64,000 nucleotides of DNA, taken from the IMG/VR virus record IMGVR_UViG_3300031112_000372, positions 2,665-66,664 of that record; one strand, 5' to 3'. This document shows, piece by piece, positions 38,663-47,696 of this stretch. Under the pieces are notes generated by a model. It worked only from the letters and a program-made list of their open reading frames with translations. It made no database searches and was not told where the DNA came from. A program made the position numbers and the translations under genes. The stretch is from a virus. Lineage: Duplodnaviria > Caudoviricetes. Every line of letters begins with the position of its first letter. Within the stretch, counting starts at the first letter, position 1.

Positions 38663-39316
38663 TCAATTGATTACGCAGTTTCCGCAGCAATTTGAAATAT
38701 CTAGATTTGAAACAAACGGCGGATTCTTCGCAACTTCAACAAGACGTTTAACGCTCTTACTTGCTCCCCACCGTTTAGTTACACCAATGAATTCTTCGAC
38801 ATCGTGACCTGATAAATAGTGCTTAGGTAAACCAGTTGAGCTGCTAAAGATCATCTCGCCATCTTCATCACGTTCTACACCTATATGGTAAAGTTCATGC
38901 TCAAGCAAAGCACAGAATTCACTATCGTTAGCTTTATCGCAAAAGGAAGCATCGATCGTAATCAGGTAAGTTGGTATAAATCCGAACCATTCTCGCATCT
39001 GTTGCTCTTGTCTTGCTTTACGCCAGCCACCGACATTAAACATAACCTTTTCACACTGCCCAAGAATCATGGCTTGTTTGCTTTTAAATGCTGACGAAGC
39101 CCAAGCAAACGCCAGAAACTCTTCATTGTCATGAAGCAGCTCAGCAATATGGTCATGATCTGGATTGTGAAGAGGTCCACCAAGCGTTAGATAATTAGCA
39201 ACAACCCATGTTTTCAAATCTGGTGCCGGTATTAAACGGATTGCTTCCTCTTCTTCAGCTTGGTCAATAAAGTCAGTTGGTGGAAATGGTCTGATCTGTT
39301 CCATTAGTTTCACCAT
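38663..39316 (-). CDS. Putative phage metallopeptidase
   Basis: ALLEHELYHI (HExxH) plus HDVEEF. Confidence 0.8.
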   Translation of the reverse strand: MVKLMEQIRPFPPTDFIDQAEEEEAIRLIPAPDLKTWVVANYLTLGGPLHNPDHDHIAELLHDNEEFLAFAWASSAFKSKQAMILGQCEKVMFNVGGWRKARQEQQMREWFGFIPTYLITIDASFCDKANDSEFCALLEHELYHIGVERDEDGEMIFSSSTGLPKHYLSGHDVEEFIGVTKRWGASKSVKRLVEVAKNPPFVSNLDISNCCGNCVIN

Positions 39317-39384
39317 TAAAAATTAATTTTATTCATAAAATTAATTAGATTACAATTAATTAAATTTAACACTTATGGTTAAGC

Positions 39385-40191
39385 ATGTTCTCTGATAAAG
39401 ATCTTATAAATCGAAAAGATAAAGATTACTCAATCATTCCATTTAAAGAAGAAAATATCCATCCAATTGGTTATGACTTAACAATGAGTGATCTTATTTT
39501 TTCAAAGAAAAATGGACTAATAACACTTGATAATCAAAATAATTATGTAATAAAACCTTTAGATACAATTCATATTTTAACTAATGAAATTATTTGGTTA
39601 TCTGGTAGAGTTTCAGGAACTTTACATTCACGTACCTCACTTGCCTTCAAAGGTTTCTCTAACATTTCGACAACAGTAGACCCTAAGTGGATTGGTCAGT
39701 TACTTGTAACTATGACTAATATGACAAATAATGAAATTACACTAAAAAAGGACAGACCGTTTTGCACTCTAAATATTCATAAGTTAAATACCCCCACTGA
39801 AACTGAGTTACATAAAAAATCCTTTATTACTAGCTATCTAACTGAGGAAATTAACAAGCAAAACAATGAGTATTTCAAAAAAGTACAAGAATTTATAACA
39901 AAAGAAGAATTGGATCAGTTTAAGAAAATCCTCTCTAAAAAAAATATTAAAGAATTAAGTGAATTAAAAAACACTATCACCAAAAATGAAAAAATTGATT
40001 TATTCTATAAGCTAGTCAGTTTAGTTTATTATTTTTTCTTAATAGCTTGTATAACTCTTATTATATACTCGATATTTAAATGGGATTTCTTTGCTCCATT
40101 TTTTCCAAATATTGAATATGACACCACAGTTTTCACATCCCAAATTTCTACTCTTTTACTTTTTGTCTTCGCATTGATTAATAGGAAATAA
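39385..40191 (+). CDS. dCTP deaminase/dUTPase-fold domain with substituted catalytic residues, fused to C-terminal TM segments
   Basis: GYDLT, SRTSLAFKG and VDPKWIGQLLVT align with Dcd motifs GRSSLARLG and IDPGWSGCIVLE; hydrophobic C-terminus. Confidence 0.8.
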   Translation: MFSDKDLINRKDKDYSIIPFKEENIHPIGYDLTMSDLIFSKKNGLITLDNQNNYVIKPLDTIHILTNEIIWLSGRVSGTLHSRTSLAFKGFSNISTTVDPKWIGQLLVTMTNMTNNEITLKKDRPFCTLNIHKLNTPTETELHKKSFITSYLTEEINKQNNEYFKKVQEFITKEELDQFKKILSKKNIKELSELKNTITKNEKIDLFYKLVSLVYYFFLIACITLIIYSIFKWDFFAPFFPNIEYDTTVFTSQISTLLLFVFALINRK

Positions 40192-40192
40192 A

Positions 40193-40702
40193 ATGATAAT
40201 TAGTAATTTTGATAAAATTTTCGACAAGAATGATATTGTTATTTATACCCAAGGTGTATTTGATCTATTACATAATGGACATATAAATTATTTAATTAAT
40301 TCAAAAAAATATGGAAATAAACTTATTGTAGGTGTGGACTCGGATGAAAAGGTTCAATTAAGAAAAGGGTTGGATCGCCCGTTTCAAAATTGGGAAACTA
40401 GAGTCCAAAATTTATTAAATCTAAATTTAATTGATTATATTTTTAAAAAAAATATAAATATAGATAGCTCATACTACATTGATATGATTAAGCCTTCTAA
40501 AATAATCATTTCTACAGATCACAATCCGAATGTTACAAGACTAAAATTTTTAGAAAAAGAGAAAATTGAATTGATTGTTATTAAGAGAACAGAAAATATT
40601 TCAACAACGCAAATTTTAAAAGCTAAAAGATTTAAACAAGAACAAAAAACCTCACATTTGCGAGGTCTTTCTTATGAATTACTATTACTTCGACCACTAT
40701 AA
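40193..40702 (+). CDS. HIGH-motif nucleotidyltransferase (cytidylyltransferase / RfaE domain II-like)
   Basis: GVFDLLHNGH, LIVGVDSD, KGLDRP and ISTT motifs; starts 1 nt after the upstream stop. Confidence 0.88.
   Translation: MIISNFDKIFDKNDIVIYTQGVFDLLHNGHINYLINSKKYGNKLIVGVDSDEKVQLRKGLDRPFQNWETRVQNLLNLNLIDYIFKKNINIDSSYYIDMIKPSKIIISTDHNPNVTRLKFLEKEKIELIVIKRTENISTTQILKAKRFKQEQKTSHLRGLSYELLLLRPL
40645..40671 (-). terminator. Putative tR'-like terminator downstream of the late promoter
   Basis: Minus strand AAAGACCTCGCAAATGTGAGGTTTTTT hairpin plus U-tract. Confidence 0.6.
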
Positions 40703-40735
40703 CGCAAAAATAGCATTTACCCTGTACAGGGTCAA
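40696..40735 (-). promoter_or_regulatory. Putative late promoter (pR'-like)
   Basis: TTGACC-17 bp-TATTTT, followed 5 nt later by a second -10-like TATAGT; 12-bp palindrome CCCTGTACAGGG at 40720-40731. Confidence 0.6.
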
Positions 40736-40780
40736 GTTTTGTATTTAATTCACCCAGTTATTAGGTGAAATTTAATAGAT

Positions 40781-42031
40781 CTACGAGTTAGTACCTAATT
40801 GATCAATCAAATCTTTCCCAAGTTGCCTTGTGTTCTTTTTACCACCTTTACTATTTAAATGACTGATACCCTTGGTAGTTGCCAACTCTAGTAATACTCC
40901 ATAAGCCGATACTTTCTCGCCATTTTTATAAACTAGAATAGTGGTATCTTCGAGCTGCTCTATCAAATAATCACCATATTCAACTGAACGTTTCAAATGA
41001 TCTTTTGAAGTGTTAATAATTTCATAGTTAAAGTTGGCTGCAATTTCTATCAACTGATAAATATTACCTTTGCCCCATTGATTGGAAATAACATATATGT
41101 CTCCATTACTCATCTGTAACTGATGTTCTTTCTCAATAAAATAACGGTCATATCTTTGCTCATCCAGCTGGTTAAGTTTAACAAGCAATCTATCCAGATT
41201 CGGATATTCATTAAACTCAGCCCTAAGATTTTCGATATTTTTATTATTGATTTCTTCAAACCGACATTTGATAATTTCGAGGGCCAGATAACGCTTGTTC
41301 AGAGTTTTGCCATTAAACGTGAAACTTGAATAATCTCTTGCATTTGTAAGCTTGGCTTCCCGTCTTTCTTCTGATTTTTTCTGCGCCTTAATCTGATAAT
41401 CCTTTGCTTCAGGTAAAGGTATAATTTGTTGAATATCAACCAGAATCTGTGAATTGTGAGTATATGGCTGCATTCTTATACAAGTAATATCCAGATCACG
41501 CTCATTAAGCCAGATCACTGAGGTGGTTAGTTCTTTTGAAAAGTTTGATGAGACCAGAATGATTCTCACGTCATCCGCAAAATTACTTTCATCCAGGTTA
41601 TCAACATCTACAAAATTTGAAATTTCTTTACGTGCATTGTCATGATCAAAAGATGGATAGCCATTATTTATTTTATATCGACGATAGATATCTATCGCTA
41701 TATCCAGAGTCATCGTAGAAACCATAGATGCATATCGAAGAGCCTGAAGTTCCATATGGTCACCAGTATCTGTACGCTTCAGCTCTATAATTACAAGATT
41801 TGCATTTTTATCGATTGCCAGTAAATCAATTCTTCTCTTTGAGCCATCCCATTCAGCATACTCTTCAGCAATAATGAGACAGTCCTCAGCAATTACCCCG
41901 ATATTTTTCTTGAGTGCCTGCTGGAGATGCAATCTTTCCAGAATAGCTTCTTCTTTAAAAGACGTGGTCTCAACTGCATTTAGTTCATTATTATTTAAAG
42001 TAAATATTGGCATGGAATTCAATCTCTGCAA
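40781..42031 (-). CDS. NucS/EndoMS-like PD-(D/E)XK nuclease-domain protein with extra C-terminal domains
   Basis: RIDLLAIDKNANLVIIELKR...QALRYA motif. Confidence 0.75.
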   Translation of the reverse strand: MQRLNSMPIFTLNNNELNAVETTSFKEEAILERLHLQQALKKNIGVIAEDCLIIAEEYAEWDGSKRRIDLLAIDKNANLVIIELKRTDTGDHMELQALRYASMVSTMTLDIAIDIYRRYKINNGYPSFDHDNARKEISNFVDVDNLDESNFADDVRIILVSSNFSKELTTSVIWLNERDLDITCIRMQPYTHNSQILVDIQQIIPLPEAKDYQIKAQKKSEERREAKLTNARDYSSFTFNGKTLNKRYLALEIIKCRFEEINNKNIENLRAEFNEYPNLDRLLVKLNQLDEQRYDRYFIEKEHQLQMSNGDIYVISNQWGKGNIYQLIEIAANFNYEIINTSKDHLKRSVEYGDYLIEQLEDTTILVYKNGEKVSAYGVLLELATTKGISHLNSKGGKKNTRQLGKDLIDQLGTNS

Positions 42032-42172
42032 AAGATTTTGCCTTTATACAGCATATGTCATTCAACTCATAGAAAAAAGCCCCACAAATAATCTATATTT
42101 AGAGGAGCTTCTATTCTGGAATCAGCCTTCTTACTACCTATAGTATTAGCATTCAAAAACTTTCTATGGATA

Positions 42173-42736
42173 TTATAAATCAGCTCTAATAGTTACTATA
42201 ACAATCATAATATCTCTTATAGTTCTTCTCACTAGCTCTAATTCAAAACTGCATTTTTCTTTTATAACTTCTATTGATTCAATTTTATCCATTTCTTTTT
42301 TTAAAAAATCAAAACGGATAAGTAAAGAAGGTAAATTAACTGCATCTATATGTATACGGTCAATCTGATAACCGGTAGTTTTTTTAAAAGCTAAATTTGA
42401 AATGAATATATGATTAACATCATATCTGGAATTATTAGCCTTTAATGTATCATAACTTAGTTCAAATTTTTTTCTGACTTGTTCAATTTCCATATCATTG
42501 GCGGCAGATAACTCGTTTTTCCGCAAAGAGAAATAATTCTCCATTGTGGATTGAAAAGAAAGTAATAAATTTGTCAAACACAGTTCCTGTTCTGAAAGTT
42601 TATCTCTAATAAAGGAATAGTTTTGCTGCTTTTTCCAGAATACCCATCCTAAAATAGAAATAAGTAATCCTAAAACTGATAAAATAGTTACAATATTTGC
42701 AATAAAAGAAGCCCATTGTTGAATATCATTTGGCAT
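42173..42736 (-). CDS. Hypothetical protein with an N-terminal TM helix
   Basis: 187 aa; hydrophobic around aa 8-33. Confidence 0.7.
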   Translation of the reverse strand: MPNDIQQWASFIANIVTILSVLGLLISILGWVFWKKQQNYSFIRDKLSEQELCLTNLLLSFQSTMENYFSLRKNELSAANDMEIEQVRKKFELSYDTLKANNSRYDVNHIFISNLAFKKTTGYQIDRIHIDAVNLPSLLIRFDFLKKEMDKIESIEVIKEKCSFELELVRRTIRDIMIVIVTIRADL

Positions 42737-42940
42737 TTTATTTGATATAAAAGAAATTAAATAAATATTATATCTAAATCCTGATTAAGATAATACGAAA
42801 AGCTATAGCTCGCTATAAGCAACTAAATACATCTACTTACTTTATTTACAATACCTTCACTATAACGAAAAATTCTGCTCAACCTTTATATGGAGTGGTG
42901 CTGGTAAACTGAAGGTTAGTGATGAAAAGGATAAATAATA

Positions 42941-43450
42941 ATGGTAGATATCGTCGATAGCGCAACCCGTAGCCGTATGATGTCAAATATTAAAGGACGG
43001 AATACAAAACCTGAATTGCTCATCCGTAGCCTTCTTCATGCGCAGGGCTTCCGCTTCCGTATCCACCGTAAGGACCTGCCAGGTAAACCTGATATCGTAT
43101 TACCCAAATACAAGGCTATCATTTTTATACATGGCTGTTTCTGGCATGGCCATCAAAACTGCCGGTTGTTCAAGCTACCAGCCAGCCGTACCGAATTCTG
43201 GGAAGCAAAAATTTATAAAAATCAGGAAAATGACCTGAAAGCCAAAGAGCTTCTTTTAAATAGTGGCTGGAGAATATGTACCATCTGGGAGTGTGCAGTA
43301 CGTCGCTCTAAAAAAGACCCAGTAGCACTTATGGATATTCTGACAAAATGGTTATCTGGTTCTGAACAATTGCTTGAAATAGATGAGCCGATGATTATGC
43401 ATAAACAGACAAGTGATGCCTTGGGTGAAATTAATATGCCAGCTTCCTGA
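42941..43450 (+). CDS. vsr: Very short patch repair endonuclease
   Basis: RSRMMSNIKGRNTKPE, GKPDIVLPKY, FIHGCFWHGH motifs. Confidence 0.95.
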   Translation: MVDIVDSATRSRMMSNIKGRNTKPELLIRSLLHAQGFRFRIHRKDLPGKPDIVLPKYKAIIFIHGCFWHGHQNCRLFKLPASRTEFWEAKIYKNQENDLKAKELLLNSGWRICTIWECAVRRSKKDPVALMDILTKWLSGSEQLLEIDEPMIMHKQTSDALGEINMPAS

Positions 43451-43576
43451 GCTAACCTACTAAGTATGGGTTTAATCCAGGTATTGTCCTCTTTTAAATA
43501 ATTCGTTATCTTTCATACCACTCATGAATTTAAAACAATTTATTCTTTAATTTTAAAAATGTAATCTGGTCTCGAA

Positions 43577-44557
43577 ATGAATCAACAAAATAAAATAGAT
43601 TTACTGAATGCACTTCATATTCTCATAGCAAACAATGTAATTACACAGAATGCATATACCAGCAGATATAAAGGTTTTGTAGCAGAACTTGATTTTTTAC
43701 CATGGATGAGAAAAAACAGGCCTGCTGTTCCACTTTTTACAGGAGGTTACTTTTTACCTGCAGTGAAAAAAGCCGATTCTCTTCAATTCCCCGTCTACTT
43801 CACTATTTGCAATTCCTCGCCAGATGAATATATAGAAATTTATAAAAAAATAGCTCTTGTCCCCTGTAAGAGTATGTATTTTATTCAATGGGATGAATCT
43901 ATACCGGTAAATGAATGGCCTCAAATAGATGTAATGAATATTCAGTATCCTGTTCCGGTACCCTCATTAGTTTGTTACGAGTTTTCAGTACAGGACAATA
44001 CATTTAAGCAGGTACAATTTAGTACTTTTACTAATAATTTTATCAGCCAGACACCAAGCCGGAGTGCCAATGCAATCACATCCCAAGCTTTCAATGCTGC
44101 AATAAATATGCTTCTCCCGTTTGAATATAACGATATTTTAAGTTTATATGTGCAGCGGCTTATATTTGATGGATATATTGGGTATGCCAAGGTTAAAGGA
44201 ACTCCAAGCGATATTGACTCAATCATTTTTTCAGAAAGCTTAAAAAAATATAGTCTGATTGAGATTAAAGACAAGGATTTGAGTAAAAGGCCCCCTCAGG
44301 GATTCGGTATGGATCTTAGACGTATAGATGCCCTACTCAGATTAAGTGAAATTACAGGTTGGCCAACATATTACCTTGTAAGGCATATTAATAATCAGCA
44401 CGAAAGAAAGTTTCTAGGCTGGAAAATGATCAGTATGGAAAAGTTTAATTCTAAACTGGCATCACCAGTGATTCAGGGTGGAAGCGGGATGGCATCACCC
44501 GATGGGCAATATCCAACAAGAATATGCCCAGTTAAGGAATTTAAACCATTAGAATAA
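43577..44557 (+). CDS. Putative restriction endonuclease, PD-(D/E)XK
   Basis: PSDID...LIEIKDKD motif; convergent and overlapping with the methyltransferase 3' end. Confidence 0.6.
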   Translation: MNQQNKIDLLNALHILIANNVITQNAYTSRYKGFVAELDFLPWMRKNRPAVPLFTGGYFLPAVKKADSLQFPVYFTICNSSPDEYIEIYKKIALVPCKSMYFIQWDESIPVNEWPQIDVMNIQYPVPVPSLVCYEFSVQDNTFKQVQFSTFTNNFISQTPSRSANAITSQAFNAAINMLLPFEYNDILSLYVQRLIFDGYIGYAKVKGTPSDIDSIIFSESLKKYSLIEIKDKDLSKRPPQGFGMDLRRIDALLRLSEITGWPTYYLVRHINNQHERKFLGWKMISMEKFNSKLASPVIQGGSGMASPDGQYPTRICPVKEFKPLE

Positions 44558-45841
44558 TTTCAGCTGTTTCTCTGCGACAATCTTTTCAGCCTTATCAAGA
44601 CAGCTAACCATTTGTCCTGCTACAGCTTCAATCACCTTGACGCATACAGAGTTGCCGAACTGTTTATAGATCTGGCCATGTGAAACGGCATCAACTATAT
44701 AGTTCTCAGGAAATCCCTGTAAGCGCGCACACTCGCGTGGAGTCAGTTTACGCGGATTCTTGCCATGCTCGGCCTGCGAAATAAGGATTTCCGAGCCGTC
44801 CTTGTAATACCGGGCACTTAATGTGTTTGTATATGGACTGTCTCCGGTATAAAGCGTATAGCCAAATCCGTTACCCTTGATTCCATGTTCTTCCTTACGG
44901 CGCTGGTGACCTTCCCAGAGGCGATCCGAAATCGTATAGACATCTTCACTCTTTTTGAGTTTTGAGACATCTTCAAGGATATCACCGAGTTGGGTCTGCT
45001 TTTTGGGAGGAACAGGCCAGCTGAAGAGCTCATCAAAGTTACACTCTTCACCAAAGTAATTCTTGTCAAAACCTACAAGGAAAATACGCTCACGGTTCTG
45101 TGGTACACCAAAATCTGCAGCGCGAAGTACCTTCACATCCACCCAGTAATTCAGTTTTTCCGAAAGCGCCTTTTTGGTTTCATCAGAAAGCTCAACCTCA
45201 AGATCAAGTTCCTGGTCAAACTCGCCACGCAAAATCTCGAGAATTGTTTTGAGTGTACGGCCCTTGTCATGCCCCTGTAGCTGCTTCACGTTTTCAAGCA
45301 GGAATGCTTTCGGGCGCTTCTCTACAAGAATACGCTGGATCTCGAAGAACATGGTACCGCGGGTATCCTGAAAGCCCTGACGCTTACCAGCCTGTGAAAA
45401 CGCCTGACACGGGAAACCACCCAGAAGAATGTCATGATCAGGAATATCAGCTGCCTTGATCTGTGTGATGTCACCTGAAGGTAATTCACCAAAATTAGCA
45501 GCATAGGTTTTCTGCGCAAACTTGTCCCACTCGGAACTGAATACGCACTTCCCTTTTAATTGCTGGAAAGGTAAACGGATTCCGCCAATACCGGCGAAAA
45601 GGTCAATAAACGTGAATTTATGCTTCTGGTCAGGACGTTCCCTGTATGGAGCTTTATCTGGCAAGGCAATGATCTGTTCCCATTTTGCTTTTGTAGGAAC
45701 ATGCTCGCCACTTTCCCAGCCCCTGACTGTTCTTTCACCATTCTCTTTCATATCAAGCAGCAAAGCGAACTCTTTGAGGGATAACCCCATGTTATTTCTT
45801 TTTTGTCTGATATAAGATGAATCAAGATCAACGTACTTCAC
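44549..45841 (-). CDS. C5-cytosine DNA methyltransferase with an N-terminal HTH (M.SsoII/Dcm-like)
   Basis: FAGIGG, GFPCQ, ENV, QNRERIF and GNSV motifs; TRD TLSARYYKDGSEILI resembles CC(W/N)GG enzymes. Confidence 0.95.
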   Translation of the reverse strand: MKYVDLDSSYIRQKRNNMGLSLKEFALLLDMKENGERTVRGWESGEHVPTKAKWEQIIALPDKAPYRERPDQKHKFTFIDLFAGIGGIRLPFQQLKGKCVFSSEWDKFAQKTYAANFGELPSGDITQIKAADIPDHDILLGGFPCQAFSQAGKRQGFQDTRGTMFFEIQRILVEKRPKAFLLENVKQLQGHDKGRTLKTILEILRGEFDQELDLEVELSDETKKALSEKLNYWVDVKVLRAADFGVPQNRERIFLVGFDKNYFGEECNFDELFSWPVPPKKQTQLGDILEDVSKLKKSEDVYTISDRLWEGHQRRKEEHGIKGNGFGYTLYTGDSPYTNTLSARYYKDGSEILISQAEHGKNPRKLTPRECARLQGFPENYIVDAVSHGQIYKQFGNSVCVKVIEAVAGQMVSCLDKAEKIVAEKQLKLF

Positions 45842-45917
45842 AATAACTTATCCGCTTTTTGACCCGGTTATTTTAGCATTCAATGCTTATTACATCAATA
45901 GAAAGGTATTACTCTAC

Positions 45918-47696
45918 ATGGAAACTAGATTGTTATCAGATTTAGATGGCTTAATAAATAAATGTAGAAAAGACTATGAAAATTTAGCTTATAAAGGGGA
46001 CATCCAAATTAATTCGGAGCTTGCAGCTCTTATTGAAGAATATTTAAAAGATAAGAATGATCGTTACATTAAGGCATTACCTTATAGTATTGAGATAGTA
46101 AACAAAGGGAAGTTAAAAGCTTTAATCCCTTCAACTTGGTTGTGGATAGCTAATTGTTTCTGGCCACTAGTAGAAGCATTAGAACTTTATAGCTCGACTT
46201 TCGATACACTGGTAAAACAACTAAAAGCTGAGAAGAATGTAGATGAAGAGCTATTTAAGAAATTCTTAAAAGCTCTTCCTTTGTCAGCGTTGCAATCTGA
46301 TTTAACTTTTATACTTGATGAGCCACAAGAACAGATAATTGAAGATCTTCTTTCAACAAAATTAAGAACAGGCAATAAACCTTTAACTCAAAATGAAATA
46401 AATCAGGTACAACAATATAGAAAAGACTTAGACCGAATTGCAAAGGATTATTTTAAAAATACTCCCGAACAGTATGAATACTTTAATCATTTTCTCTATG
46501 ACAGAGACTGGTGGTTTAAAGGGACTGGTAAAACATTAGACAGAACAGATTACTGTGAATCCAGCCTTCTTCTGGCAACACAAATGATTGTGGCAAATGC
46601 GGCAAAGTTATATCCATTAACTTCAAGTTTTGCCAATCATAAAGATTTGCGGGATGCCTTTGATGCTCTTCCAAAAAGTATTGAAGTTTTAGAAGAAAAA
46701 ACCTCATCTAAACCTTTGAATATTTTAAATTTCTCTGGTGAGAATATCATTTTCTACGGTGCTCCTGGCACAGGGAAAAGCTTTGCAATTGAAGAAAAAG
46801 TCAAAGGACATACTTCAGTTCGTACTGTTTTTCATCCCGAAACCCAGTATGGTGATTTTGTAGGATGTCTAAGACCTTCTATGGATGACAATGGTATTGA
46901 GTACAGCTTCAAAAAAGGTCCTTTTATTGAAGCACTTCTTAAGGCTCTTAAAGACCCTGAACATCACTATTATTTAATTATTGAGGAAATCAACCGCGCA
47001 CCTGCAGCAGCCGTTTTCGGAGAGCTGTTTCAGTTACTTGATAGAGATAGCAATGGGGAAAGTGAATACCGGATCGATATTAATGACAAGGATCTTCTGA
47101 ATTTATTAAATAAAGAACATCCGGGAGGTTTCCCTGATAATAAACTTTATATCCCAAATAACCTTAGCCTCTACGCGACCATGAACAGTAGTGATCAGGC
47201 TGTTATGCCCCTTGATACAGCATTTAAACGACGCTGGAAGTTTGAATACATGCCACTTGATTTCTCAACCTCACCATCAGGTTACTTTAAAATCAATACA
47301 GAAAGTGGAGAAAAGACTGTTAGCTGGTCACAATTTGCCCAAGTAGTAAACTTAATATTATCTACCCTATCAATTCCGGAAGATCGACATCTAGGTCCAT
47401 GGTTTGTAAACGAAAATGAAATTTCTGATCTGAAAAATGCCAAGAGAACCCTGACTGGTAAAGTCCTAATGTATATCTGGGATGATGTACTTCGACATAG
47501 TGAGCGATCAGCTCTCTTCAATACAGATATTAAAACCTTTGGGTCTCTCGTTAAAAAAATTGAGAATAATGAAATTATTTTTTCTGAAAACTTTTTAAAG
47601 GTATTAGAAAAAGAAATCGAAAAAACTAATGCTGAAACTCAAAATGAGAACTTAAAGCCGGAAATTACTGAGGAAGAGGATACTGGTGAAAACTAG
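45918..47696 (+). CDS. McrB-like AAA+ GTPase
   Basis: GAPGTGKS, LIIEEINRA, TMNSSD (NxxD signature), LDTAFKRRW. Confidence 0.9.
   Translation: METRLLSDLDGLINKCRKDYENLAYKGDIQINSELAALIEEYLKDKNDRYIKALPYSIEIVNKGKLKALIPSTWLWIANCFWPLVEALELYSSTFDTLVKQLKAEKNVDEELFKKFLKALPLSALQSDLTFILDEPQEQIIEDLLSTKLRTGNKPLTQNEINQVQQYRKDLDRIAKDYFKNTPEQYEYFNHFLYDRDWWFKGTGKTLDRTDYCESSLLLATQMIVANAAKLYPLTSSFANHKDLRDAFDALPKSIEVLEEKTSSKPLNILNFSGENIIFYGAPGTGKSFAIEEKVKGHTSVRTVFHPETQYGDFVGCLRPSMDDNGIEYSFKKGPFIEALLKALKDPEHHYYLIIEEINRAPAAAVFGELFQLLDRDSNGESEYRIDINDKDLLNLLNKEHPGGFPDNKLYIPNNLSLYATMNSSDQAVMPLDTAFKRRWKFEYMPLDFSTSPSGYFKINTESGEKTVSWSQFAQVVNLILSTLSIPEDRHLGPWFVNENEISDLKNAKRTLTGKVLMYIWDDVLRHSERSALFNTDIKTFGSLVKKIENNEIIFSENFLKVLEKEIEKTNAETQNENLKPEITEEEDTGEN

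Noticed and set aside
39385-40191. Ordinary phage dCTP deaminase for nucleotide metabolism, or the known dCTP-depletion defence
   Set aside because: Catalytic positions appear substituted, TM segments are fused, and the known depletion enzymes belong to a different deaminase fold. Kept as a finding under another interpretation.
44818-45815. Six short ORFs overlapping the methyltransferase
   Set aside because: Shadows in a higher-GC gene; no independent features.
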